The notes below the pieces were generated by a model. That model worked only from the letters and a program-made list of their open reading frames with translations, ran no database searches and was not told the DNA's origin. A stretch of 60,658 bases of DNA from an uncultured Rhodobacterales bacterium (GTDB lineage: Bacteria > Pseudomonadota > Alphaproteobacteria > Rhodobacterales > CAZPXZ01): contig CAZPIN010000144.1 in NCBI GenBank assembly GCA_964586735.1, positions 1 through 60,658 of the forward strand, written 5' to 3'. The position numbers and the translations under genes were made by a program. This document shows positions 10,848 through 20,009 of this stretch, one piece after another. Numbering within the stretch: position 1 is the stretch's first letter; each line of letters opens with the position of its first letter.

Positions 10848-10975
10848 GGGTTTTGTTGTTGCTTTATACCCGATTCGTTCGCGTGCTTCAAGCGGCCATG
10901 CCCGTTTCCTCAGGTCGCCCTCCTATCTTGCCCGCCCCGCGGAAAAACGCAAATTCCCTTCCGCGGCTCCCGCCG

Positions 10976-11983
10976 TCAGGCGGCCAGCGCGGCGGCCCGC
11001 GCCAGAGTCTCATCGTCGGCGTTGCCGCCCGACGCCACCGCCACGACCGGCCCCTCGCCACCGCGCATCGCCGCCGCCAGGGCCACCGCCCCGCCCGGCT
11101 CCAGCGCGATTCGCAGATGCCGCCACGCCAGCGCCATGGCCTTCAGCGCCGACTCGTCGTCCACCGCCAGCCCCTCCCCGAAGCGGTCCGCCCCGGCGGC
11201 CCAGGTGATTCGCCCCGGCATGTCCGCCAGCAGCGCGTCGCAGATGGATCCCGCCTGGCGGTCGTTGGACAGCCGCCGCCCCGCCGCCAGCGACCGGGCC
11301 CAGTCGTCGAAGCCCTCGGGCTCCACGGTCCGTACTTTCATGGCGGACGCCTCCGTCTCGAGGGCGATGGCGACGCCCGAGGCCAGGCCGCCGCCGGAGC
11401 AGGGCACCAGCACCTCGGCCTCCTCCACCCCCGCCGCCCGCGCCTGGCGGGCAATCTCGAGGCCGACGGTACCCTGGCCGGCGATCACCAGCGGGTCGTC
11501 GTAGGGCCGCACCAGATGGCGGGGCTGCCGCTCGAGCTCGCGCCGCGCCACCTCGTCGCGCGATTCGCTGGCCCGGTCATACGCCACGATCTCGGCGCCG
11601 TAGGCGCGGACACCCGCCTGCTTGGGGGCCGGCGCGTCGCTCGGCATGACGATGGTCGCGCCGTAGCCCAGCAGCCGCGCCGCGCGGGCGACGCCCTGGG
11701 CGTGGTTGCCCGAGGAGATGGCCAGCAGGCCGCCGCGGGCCCGCTCGGCGGAGACCGCCCGGATGTGGTTCCAGGCGCCGCGGAACTTGAACGAGCCGCA
11801 GTGCTGGAGGCACTCGGCCTTCACCAGAACGCGGCGGCCAGCCTCCTGATTGAGCAGGTCCGATTCGAGGAGAGGCGTTTCGACGGCGACGCCCGCCAGC
11901 CTGCGGGCCGCCTCCAGCACCTGCGCGAAGCCGGGCGGAGGGGCAGCCTCCTCGTCCGCGCCGGCCGCCTCGCCTGCGCTCAT
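10976..11983 (-). CDS. PLP-dependent threonine/serine dehydratase family protein
   Basis: KAECLQHCGSFKFRGA, SSGNHAQGVA, IAGQGTVGLEI, SGGGL, SGGNAD. Confidence 0.92.
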   Translation of the reverse strand: MSAGEAAGADEEAAPPPGFAQVLEAARRLAGVAVETPLLESDLLNQEAGRRVLVKAECLQHCGSFKFRGAWNHIRAVSAERARGGLLAISSGNHAQGVARAARLLGYGATIVMPSDAPAPKQAGVRAYGAEIVAYDRASESRDEVARRELERQPRHLVRPYDDPLVIAGQGTVGLEIARQARAAGVEEAEVLVPCSGGGLASGVAIALETEASAMKVRTVEPEGFDDWARSLAAGRRLSNDRQAGSICDALLADMPGRITWAAGADRFGEGLAVDDESALKAMALAWRHLRIALEPGGAVALAAAMRGGEGPVVAVASGGNADDETLARAAALAA

Positions 11984-12201
11984 GCGAGTGCCGCCATGAT
12001 TCGCTCCGGCAGATGCCCAAGCCCGACTGGCGCAGTCTCGACCTGCAGCGATAGGCGCGGCGCCAGCCCGGTGTCAGGCGTACCCGCGCAGATGCTGAAG
12101 ACGCGTACCTTGGCCGCCATGGCGTGGTATGCCGAGGAGCCCGCCCCGGCATGTGCAGGGTTGCCTTGTCCGGGCGGAATCAGGTTGTCCCGATCCATCA
12201 T
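11980..12201 (-). other. Small chimeric/remnant ORF (Rpn-cassette-like start plus possible HAD-hydrolase tail)
   Basis: Strong RBS GAGGTGGAGG; EVEAMMDRDN resembles EMEAVMHIDN of the neighbouring cassette; stop overlaps the dehydratase start (ATGA). Confidence 0.35.
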
Positions 12202-12348
12202 GGCCTCCACCTCAGTGAAACCGCATCGCCCACGTGAAGCGACCACGCGGCTGCCCATCGGTCGGGCTGCGGTTGGGGCAGGATTCTAGCGGCAGGCATC
12301 GCTTGGCTGCTTCGCCGCCATCCTCCGGCGCGACGACCTGACCGGTAC

Positions 12349-12771
12349 TCAATGGGCGGTTGAAGCGCTTCCGTCGACTTCGTCAAATACCTCATCGAGG
12401 CTTGTAGCCTTGTGTACCCGGTGCAGCCAGCCGTCAAGTTCATTAGGCGAGGCAAAGCGCACAGTCTCCAGCCTGTCTTCAGGCACGCTACCGAACTTGC
12501 TCCGCGCCACCGTCAACAAGGCCTCGGCCTTTCCCTTGGCGTTGCCTTCAGCCCTGCCTAGACTCCACCCCTTGTCCAAAGCCTCTGTCATGCTGTATTG
12601 CAGGCTCTCGACCATACGCTCGTCTAGGACCACGGCCATTCGTTCGGTTATTATCTTAGACATAGCCTTGGACAAGCCCTCGGCAACCTCCGTAGCCAAG
12701 TTTCTGGCGATGCTCTCTGCCATCCCCTTAATCCAGCCCTTTGCTATTATCGGTTCGTTATCTATGTGCAT
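12349..12771 (-). CDS. Stand-alone Rpn C-terminal-domain protein (RpnS-like cassette 2)
   Basis: GRAEGNAKGKAEALL..RSKFGSVP..AS..ELDGWLHRV..ATSLDEVF; GGAGG RBS; nucleotide homology to 12855-13165. Confidence 0.75.
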   Translation of the reverse strand: MHIDNEPIIAKGWIKGMAESIARNLATEVAEGLSKAMSKIITERMAVVLDERMVESLQYSMTEALDKGWSLGRAEGNAKGKAEALLTVARSKFGSVPEDRLETVRFASPNELDGWLHRVHKATSLDEVFDEVDGSASTAH

Positions 12772-12854
12772 AACCGCCTCCATCTCATTTGGCTCCGCCA
12801 CGCTCGCCATTGCCGCCAGACAGCAGCGAATGGTTGAACGATTCGCTAGCCCGG

Positions 12855-13124
12855 CTACCTGACCGGCACTCCATTGATCGCGGTACCGCTGCCCTCGCCG
12901 CCGTCGAACACAGAATCGAGGTCGGGCGCGGTATACAGACGATCAAGCCAGTCATCGAGCTGATCCTGCGACGCGCTGCGCGCCTGTTCTGCCCGATGGT
13001 CCGGGACGATCTGAAATCGCCGCTCGGCTGCCCGCAGAAACATCTCGCTTCTACCCTCGGCCAATCCCTCGGCCAATCCTTCGGCCCGGCCATCGGCCCG
13101 AAGCATCTCGTCCGCCATGTCCAT
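12855..13124 (-). CDS. Rpn C-terminal small protein (RpnS-like cassette 1, internal start)
   Basis: RBS GAGGTGGAGG then ATG; DGRAEGLAEGLAEGRSE..ERRF..AS..QLDDWLDRL..APDLDSVF. Confidence 0.7.
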   Translation of the reverse strand: MDMADEMLRADGRAEGLAEGLAEGRSEMFLRAAERRFQIVPDHRAEQARSASQDQLDDWLDRLYTAPDLDSVFDGGEGSGTAINGVPVR

Positions 13125-13918
13125 AACCACCTCCACCTCTTCCGGTTCCGCACCCTCGCCATCGCCTCCCTGATCTGAGCGCGTGACACGCCCAGTTCGA
13201 CGGTGAGAGTCCATAGAGCATACTGCTTCTGATCCTTCGTGCAACCATTCAGCCCTTCTGCCAGATAGTCCATCTCCTCTTTGGTGGGCTCCGGCCCATA
13301 CGGACCGAACTTCTGCAGCAGCACCCCCATTCCCGCCCCCGGATCCTTGGAGAGATTCTCCAGGCGAACCTTCGTAAAGTCGTAAATGACGACCCCCGAC
13401 ACCGTCAGCGTGACCGCCCTTTCCTCGACTGACAGATTCGCCAGCTCGGCCAGGTCCGGCGGGCAGTCCCCCGACGCCCTCCCGTTCATGGCGACTACGG
13501 CGTTGACGATTGGCATTTCACCCCCGGCCGTCACTCCACTCTCAACCAGCTGGCGGGTTAGGCGGATTGCGGAGCTGATCACCTGAAGCTGGGAAAACTT
13601 CGTCTTGTCCGACTTGTGCTCCAGAACATTGAGCACGGACCGCCCATCGCAATGCTGCGCCAGCAGGCCCCCGTCGGCCTCGTCGACGAGGCCGTCTCCG
13701 CCCTCGACGCGGGTAGGGAGCAGCTGGAGATCAAAGTCCGGGTCGAGCTTGTCGTAGACGACCGGATCCAGAGTGAGGCGCATGACCTCCTCCTGGCACT
13801 TCGGGAAGACGAGCATCCAGCGTACGTTGGAATCGTACGGATGGGCTCTGCGGTCCGGGGAATCCGTTCCTTCCGGCTCCGGGGGCGCGCGGTCTGACTC
13901 GCTGGTACTGCTGGTCAT
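12855..13918 (-). pseudogene. Rpn/YhgA-like recombination-promoting nuclease (PD-(D/E)XK fold), frameshifted near 13151
   Basis: HPYDS, EADGGL, VLEHKS, LQVISS, MPIVNAVVAMNG. The C-terminal domain lies in another frame, and alignment with cassette 2 shows one G missing. Confidence 0.72.
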
Positions 13919-14362
13919 GGGAGTGTCTCCTATGTCTGCGGACTGGCGCCTGCGTCGCCGCGCTGCGGGTCATCCCGCCACAGCGGCAAGGGGCGCATCT
14001 GCGGGCCATAGACATGACAAGCAACTTGGATGTCAAATTAGAGGGAATTTCTAGCCGGTACTATTAAAGTGATTTCATGGTCAAGCCTTGTGACGCAACG
14101 CGTTAGAGGCGACAAATTGCCGTCCCGCGGGTGGTCGTGTTTTGCGCCGGGTCGGCGCACTGTCGGCTGCGCGGCGTCCATGCGGCACCCGCGGCATGAG
14201 AACCGCACGGTTTCCGTGACCGATTCGCACGGTCTGCCCGCCCGCCGTCGGTTCGCTCGTGGCGGCCTGCAGCCAGCGCGTACCACGGCCGTCAGGCGCG
14301 CGCAAGTCCGCCGGGCGGATGAGAGGCGGTCACTCCGATTCGCCCACTGCCGGGCCGGACTC

Positions 14363-16846
14363 CTAACCGTCAGCCCGCAGGGCGGCGTGCTTGGGGTCGT
14401 AGGGCGACTCGGCCACCACCTCCGCCTGCCACAGCCGGTCCAGCATCTTGACCTGCACCGCCGTGCCGGGGTCCGCCTGGTCCAGCGCCACGTAGCCGAT
14501 GCCGATCTGCCGACGGAAGTGCACCGACCAGCCGCCCGAAGTCAGCCTGCCGATTCGCCGGCTGCCGTCCGCGTCGTAGAGAGCCTCGCGGCCCCATGGG
14601 TCCGCGTCGTCGGGACCGTCGATCAGCACCGTGACGCAGCGCGACCGCAGGCCGGTGTCGACCATCGCCTTCTTGCCGCGGAATTCCTTGGACAGGTCGA
14701 CGAAGCGGTCGAGGCCGCCCTCCAGCGGCGTGGCGTCGCGGCCCAGATCCGAGCCGAAGGCGCGGTAGGACTTCTCCTGGCGCAGCCAGTTCTGCGCCCG
14801 CGCCCCGCACAGTCTCAGCCCCACCTCCTGGCCGGCCTCCCACAGCAGGTCGAACAGGTAGTTCTGCATCTCCATGGGATGGTGCAGCTCCCAGCCGAGC
14901 TCGCCGGCGTAGGACACCCGCACCGCCCGCACCGGGCACATGCCGATCTCGATTCGCCTGGCCGACAGCCAGGGAAACGCGGCGTTGGTGAACTCCTTCC
15001 CGGCGTCCGGCGCGTGCACCACGCGGCGAAGCAGGTCCCGCGAGCGGGGCCCGGCGACGGCGAACACCCCCCATCGCGAGGTCTCGTCCTCGACGCTGAT
15101 TCGCCCGAAGCGCTCCTCGCCGCGCGCCGCCTCCTTGAGCAGATAGTCGTGGTCGTACGCCTGGGCCGCGCCCGCCGTGACCAGATAGAAGTCGTCCTCC
15201 GCCAGGCGCAGTACGGTGTACTCGGTGCGCACCGTACCGGCGTCGGTCAGGCCGTAGGTCAGGCCGATTCGCCCCGGCGAGGGCAGGCGGTTGCAGGTCA
15301 GCCAGTCGAGGAAGGCCGCCGCCCCCGGCCCGTGGACGCGGTGCTTGGCGAAGGCCGTGGCGTCGAACATCCCCAGCCCGTCGCGCACCGCCTCGGCCTC
15401 GGCGCGGGCGTACTCCCACCATCCGCCGCGGCGGAAGGAGCGGGAGGCGCGGTCGTCGTACGCCTCCCCGACCGGCGCGAAGTAGTTGGGCCGCTCCCAG
15501 CCGTTGACCTGCCCGAACACCGCCCCGCGCTCCTTCATCCTGTCGTAGCAGGGCGCGGTGCGCAGCGGGCGGCATGCCTCGCGCTCCTCGTCGGGATGGT
15601 GCAGGACGTAGACGTGGGCGTACGCCTCCTCGTTCTTGGCGCGGGCGTAGGCGCGGGTCATCCAGTCGCCGTAGCGGCGCGGGTCAAGGGACCACATGTC
15701 GATCTCGGCCTCGCCCTCGGCCATCATCTGCGCCAGGTAGAGGCCGGCGCCGCCGGCGGCGGTAATGCCGAAGGAGAAGCCCTCGGCCAGCCAGAAGTTC
15801 TCCACCCCCGGCGCCGGGCCCACCAGCGGATTGCCGTCGGGGGTGTAGCAGATGGGGCCGTTGAACACCTCCTTGACGCCGCCCTCCTCGAAGCACGGCA
15901 CGCGGTGGATGCCCGACATCAGCTCCTCCTCGATCCGCTCGAGGTCGGCGGGCAGCAGGTCGGCGAGAAAATTCTCCGGCACGCCCCACACGCCCCAGGC
16001 CGGCGCCGTCTGCTCGTAGGGTCCTAGAATCCATCCCTTGCGCTCCTCCCGCACGTACCAGTGCGCGTCGGCGTCGCGCAACACCGGATGCTCGGCGTTG
16101 CCGGCGTCGCGCCACTCCCGCAGGGACTCGCTTTCGCCTGTCACTACGTACTGGTGCTCGACGGGTATCGCCGGCACCAGCGCGCCGACGCCGGCGGCCG
16201 TCGCCTGGGCGTGGTTGCCGCTGGCCGCCACCACATGCTCGGCGGCGATCTCGAACGTCTCGCCGCTTTCGCGGTCCGCGCCCGTCACCTTCCACTCGCC
16301 CGAGGCGGTGCGGACGAAGCCGCTCACATGCTTCTTGCGGTGGATGCGGACTCCCCGCTGGCGGGCGGCGCGGGCCATGGCCTGGGTGACGTCGGCCGGG
16401 TTGATGTAGCCGTCGGTGGGATGGAACAACGCTCCGGCGAGGTCACCATGGCGCACCAGCGGCCAGCGCTCGCCGATGTCCCTGGCCGACAGCCACTCGT
16501 AGGGAACGCCCGCCGTCTCGGCCGTGCTGGCGTAGAGCATGTACTCGTCCATGCGCTCCCGGGTCTGCGCCATGCGCAGGTTGCCCACCCGCGAGAAGCC
16601 TGGGTCCAGCCCCGACTCCTCGCCGACCTCCTCGTAGAAACGCAGCGAGTACGCGTGGATGTGGCTGACCGCGTAGGACATGTTGAACAGCGGCAGCAGT
16701 CCCGCCGCGTGCCAGGTGGATCCCGACGTCAGCTCGTCGCGCTCCAGAAGGGTGATCTCCTCCCATCCCTGGCGCGCCAGGTGATAGGCGATCGAGCAGC
16801 CGACGGCTCCGCCGCCGACCACTACAGCCCGTGCGGTGCTTTCCAT
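14363..16846 (-). CDS. Dimethylglycine/sarcosine dehydrogenase-like FAD oxidoreductase with GcvT domain
   Basis: VVGGGAVG, LTSGSTWHAAG, NGPICYTPDGNP, GWERPNYF, VSYAGELGWELH. Confidence 0.93.
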   Translation of the reverse strand: MESTARAVVVGGGAVGCSIAYHLARQGWEEITLLERDELTSGSTWHAAGLLPLFNMSYAVSHIHAYSLRFYEEVGEESGLDPGFSRVGNLRMAQTRERMDEYMLYASTAETAGVPYEWLSARDIGERWPLVRHGDLAGALFHPTDGYINPADVTQAMARAARQRGVRIHRKKHVSGFVRTASGEWKVTGADRESGETFEIAAEHVVAASGNHAQATAAGVGALVPAIPVEHQYVVTGESESLREWRDAGNAEHPVLRDADAHWYVREERKGWILGPYEQTAPAWGVWGVPENFLADLLPADLERIEEELMSGIHRVPCFEEGGVKEVFNGPICYTPDGNPLVGPAPGVENFWLAEGFSFGITAAGGAGLYLAQMMAEGEAEIDMWSLDPRRYGDWMTRAYARAKNEEAYAHVYVLHHPDEEREACRPLRTAPCYDRMKERGAVFGQVNGWERPNYFAPVGEAYDDRASRSFRRGGWWEYARAEAEAVRDGLGMFDATAFAKHRVHGPGAAAFLDWLTCNRLPSPGRIGLTYGLTDAGTVRTEYTVLRLAEDDFYLVTAGAAQAYDHDYLLKEAARGEERFGRISVEDETSRWGVFAVAGPRSRDLLRRVVHAPDAGKEFTNAAFPWLSARRIEIGMCPVRAVRVSYAGELGWELHHPMEMQNYLFDLLWEAGQEVGLRLCGARAQNWLRQEKSYRAFGSDLGRDATPLEGGLDRFVDLSKEFRGKKAMVDTGLRSRCVTVLIDGPDDADPWGREALYDADGSRRIGRLTSGGWSVHFRRQIGIGYVALDQADPGTAVQVKMLDRLWQAEVVAESPYDPKHAALRADG

Positions 16847-16947
16847 GTTGATGCCTCCTCCGTGTCCGCGCCCCTTGTCCTACCGCGGCGGCGGCGCGTC
16901 AAGCGGGGATGCTATGCTGCGCCGGCCGCAGCAGGAAGGGACGCGCC

Positions 16948-17361
16948 ATGCGCTACTGGCTACTCAAGTCCGAACCCGGCACGTGGTCCTGGGACGATCA
17001 GGTCGCCGAGGGCGCGGCCGAATGGGACGGCGTGCGCAACTACCAGGCCCGCAACAACATGCGCGCCATGCGCCTGGGCGACCGGGCGTTCTTCTACCAC
17101 TCCGTCAAGGAGAAGCGAATCGTCGGCGTGGTGGAGGTTGCCGCCGAGGCCCATCCCGACTCCACCGACGGCAGCGGCGTCTGGGAATGCGTGGACGTCC
17201 GCGCCGTGGGGCCGTTTCCCAAGCCGGTCGAGCTGGCGGCGATTCGCGCCGAGCCGCGGCTGTCGGACATGGCGCTGGTCGGCAACTCGCGGCTGTCGGT
17301 GCAGCCGGTCACGGCGGCGCAGTGGCGTATCGTCTGCCGCCTCGGCGGCTTCAGGGGATAG
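16948..17361 (+). CDS. EVE domain protein
   Basis: YWLLKSEP, WDGVRNYQARN, FFYHS, SRLSVQPV. Confidence 0.95.
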   Translation: MRYWLLKSEPGTWSWDDQVAEGAAEWDGVRNYQARNNMRAMRLGDRAFFYHSVKEKRIVGVVEVAAEAHPDSTDGSGVWECVDVRAVGPFPKPVELAAIRAEPRLSDMALVGNSRLSVQPVTAAQWRIVCRLGGFRG

Positions 17362-17370
17362 AAGGCGGCC

Positions 17371-18267
17371 TCAGGAGGTTTCCGCGCGAGGCTTAGATTC
17401 GCCGCGCAGGTTGAGCCAGTTTCCCAGGCAGATCAGCGCCGCTCCCAGACCCACCCAGACTGCCAGGGTTTCGCCGTAGAGCAGCGCGCCCGCCACCGCG
17501 ATCAGCGGCAGGCGCGCGAAGTCCATGGGGGCCACCGCCGACGCCTGCGCCAGCTTGAGAGCCCGGCCAAGGCAAAAGTGGGCCGTCAGTCCGCCCGCCG
17601 ACGTCACCGCCAGCCAAGGCAGCGTGGTCGAGTCCGGCATCACCCAGTCGCCGCCCATGGTCAGCAGGCCAAGGGGCATCTGCAGCAGCGACATGTAGAA
17701 CAGGAACACCACCACCGGCATGCTGCCGATGACCCGCTTGGTGGTGACGAAGGCGATGGCGAAGCCGATGGCCGCCATCAGCGCCACCGCCATGCCGTAG
17801 CCGAAGCCGCCGATGTCCGGGCTGAGGATGGTCAGGATGCCGGCAAAGCCGAGAAAGATGCCGAACACCCGGCGGGGCCCGAGCCGCTCGCCCAGAAACA
17901 GCGCCGCCAGAATCGACGCCCAGATGGGCATGGTGAACTCGAAGGCGAACACCGTCGCCAGCGGAAGCAGGGTCAGCGCCGTGAACCAGCACCAGGTGGC
18001 GCCGAAGTGGGTGATGTTGCGCAGGACCACCACCTTGAATCCAAAGCGGCCGATTCGCATCCCCCTGCCGCCCATCGTCGCCAGCAGCGCGCCGGTAACC
18101 GCCAGCCCGAACAGGCTGCGCACCAGAAGGATCTGGGGCACGCCGATCTGCCCGCCCAGCTCGCGGCCCGCGATCGCCATCGCCACGAAGGACGTCAGGC
18201 TGCCCGACACCCAGCAGGCGGCCCGGAATTTGGGCGGCAGAGATTTGACGGCTGGAAATCTCATCAT
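17371..18267 (-). CDS. DMT/EamA family transporter
   Basis: About 10 hydrophobic segments, FTMPIW..LFLGER, ASAVAPMDF..YGE. Confidence 0.9.
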   Translation of the reverse strand: MMRFPAVKSLPPKFRAACWVSGSLTSFVAMAIAGRELGGQIGVPQILLVRSLFGLAVTGALLATMGGRGMRIGRFGFKVVVLRNITHFGATWCWFTALTLLPLATVFAFEFTMPIWASILAALFLGERLGPRRVFGIFLGFAGILTILSPDIGGFGYGMAVALMAAIGFAIAFVTTKRVIGSMPVVVFLFYMSLLQMPLGLLTMGGDWVMPDSTTLPWLAVTSAGGLTAHFCLGRALKLAQASAVAPMDFARLPLIAVAGALLYGETLAVWVGLGAALICLGNWLNLRGESKPRAETS

Positions 18268-18401
18268 GCGACCCGATAAATTCTGGGCGGGCTGGCGGAA
18301 AGCCTAGTCCGCCGTCCGCCTCCGTACATGATGGCGCCATTTGCCACCGCCCGCCCGCTGGTTTAAACCCTCGCCGTGAAACGCGGCGAAGGAGCAGACG
18401 C

Positions 18402-19085
18402 ATGGTTGAAGCAAAGCGACATCCAGGCCTCGACGGCGTGCTGGAGCGCATCCGCGCGGCCGAGCGCGAATCGGAGCGGGAGTCCGGGTCGGTACGGCTG
18501 GTGGCCGTCTCCAAGCAGCAGCCGGAGGACCGGGTGCAGGCGGCACTCGACGCCGGCCAGCGGGTGTTCGGCGAAAACCGCGTGCAGGAAGCACGGCAGC
18601 GCTGGGAAAGCCGGCGGGCCGCATGGCCGAACCTCGAGCTGCATCTCGTCGGCCCGCTTCAGGGCAACAAGGCAAGGCAGGCGGTGGAGTTGTTTGACTG
18701 TATCCAGTCGCTTGACCGCCCGAAACTCGCGGCGCGAATCGCCGACGCCATGGGCGAGACCGGCCGGATGCCGCGGCTGTTCGTGCAGGTCAACACCGGC
18801 GGCGAGCCGCAGAAATCCGGTGTGCTGCCGGAGGAGGCTGAAGCCTTCATCGACGCCTGCCGCGGCGAATACAAACTTGCGATCGACGGCCTGATGGCCA
18901 TCCCGCCCGTCGACGAGGAACCCTCGCCGCACTTTGGACTGCTTGCCCAGATCGCCCGCCGCAGCGGCGTCGAATGCCTGAGCATGGGCATGAGCGGAGA
19001 CTTTGAATGCGCCATCGCGTTTGGCGCGACGCATGTGCGAGTCGGCTCGGCGGTGTTCGGGCAGCGGCCAGGCGGCGCTGTTTGA
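18402..19085 (+). CDS. yggS: YggS-family pyridoxal phosphate homeostasis protein
   Basis: LVAVSK, FGENRVQE, GPLQGNK, LSMGMSGDF, VRVGSAVFG. Confidence 0.96.
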   Translation: MVEAKRHPGLDGVLERIRAAERESERESGSVRLVAVSKQQPEDRVQAALDAGQRVFGENRVQEARQRWESRRAAWPNLELHLVGPLQGNKARQAVELFDCIQSLDRPKLAARIADAMGETGRMPRLFVQVNTGGEPQKSGVLPEEAEAFIDACRGEYKLAIDGLMAIPPVDEEPSPHFGLLAQIARRSGVECLSMGMSGDFECAIAFGATHVRVGSAVFGQRPGGAV

Positions 19086-19124
19086 AGCCGCTCCATAAGC
19101 GGCAAAATCGCCGCTGGAATTAAT

Positions 19125-19167
19125 CCCCCCGCCGCAGGACGCGTTGGACGCATCGGGCGGCGGGGGG
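19125..19167. terminator. GC-rich inverted repeat downstream of yggS
   Basis: CCCCCCGCCGC ... GCGGCGGGGGG 11-bp stem; no clear U-tract. Confidence 0.45.
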
Positions 19168-19228
19168 TGCGCGAAACGCAACCCGCTCCATCAGGAGCGA
19201 ATTGCGCCGCGTTTGTTTGATACAGTTT

Positions 19229-19266
19229 AATTCAATTGGAGGCCGCTTCCGGACTCCAATTGAATT
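19229..19266. repeat. AT-rich 13-bp perfect inverted repeat between convergent genes
   Basis: AATTCAATTGGAG (19229-19241) / CTCCAATTGAATT (19254-19266). Confidence 0.85.
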
Positions 19267-19309
19267 GCCGCCGGCACGAGCGTACCGGCGGCTGTCCAGC
19301 CGGGCTGGA

Positions 19310-19954
19310 CTACTTCGCCTTCCAGCCGGACGCGTCGTTCACCACGAGGCCCTTGCGCTTGAGCATGGACAGCGTGGTGCTTGCGGTGGTGCGCTTGACT
19401 GGAATCTTGTAGCGGGCCCTGGCGGCCTCCACAACCTGCGGCGCGGACATTCCCGAGTCCTTCGACAGGACGGAAACCAGCGCGTCCTGCACCGTCACGC
19501 CCGACCTCTTTCTAGGCGATGCGCTCTTGGCTTTGGCCGCTGAAGGCGGCCTTCCCGGCTTCCTGCCCGGCTTGGCTGCGGCCGTTCTGCTCCCCGCTGG
19601 CCTTCCGCGCTTCTTGGCGGTCGCTGACGGCGGCCTTCCCGGCTTCCTGCCAGGTTTGCGTCCCGGCTTGCGGCCAGGCTTGGCTGCGGCCGTTTTACTC
19701 CCCGCTGGCCTTCCGCGCTTGTTGGCGGCTGCAGCGGGCCTTCCGCGCTTCTTGGCTGCCGCGGCGGGCCTGCCGCGCGGCTTTACGCCACCGAGCAGGG
19801 ACCGGAGGGTAGCCTCAAAATCGCTCAACGCGCTTTCGGCTTTCGCGAGGTCCGCGTTGGCGCGGTCCGCAACTTTCTGCTTGGCTGCCACCGCCTTCGT
19901 CAGCGCGTCGCGCTGCTTACTTAGCTGGGTGGCTGGATTGGCTGTTCTTGCCAT
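19310..19954 (-). CDS. Basic DNA-binding protein: N-terminal coiled coil, multiple AT-hooks, C-terminal winged-helix-like domain
   Basis: 4x RGRP plus KPGRK/PGRPP repeats; GGAG RBS and good promoter upstream; tail TTASTTLSMLKRKGLVVNDASGWK. Confidence 0.8.
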   Translation of the reverse strand: MARTANPATQLSKQRDALTKAVAAKQKVADRANADLAKAESALSDFEATLRSLLGGVKPRGRPAAAAKKRGRPAAAANKRGRPAGSKTAAAKPGRKPGRKPGRKPGRPPSATAKKRGRPAGSRTAAAKPGRKPGRPPSAAKAKSASPRKRSGVTVQDALVSVLSKDSGMSAPQVVEAARARYKIPVKRTTASTTLSMLKRKGLVVNDASGWKAK

Positions 19955-20009
19955 AAATTTTACTCCAAATGGTTCCGCGCGCTGACGCGACGCGATTGAC
20001 GTTGGGGAT

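Noticed and set aside
16948-17361. EVE protein as part of a modification-dependent defence system
   Set aside because: Stand-alone EVE gene among housekeeping genes, with no nuclease or toxin partner adjacent
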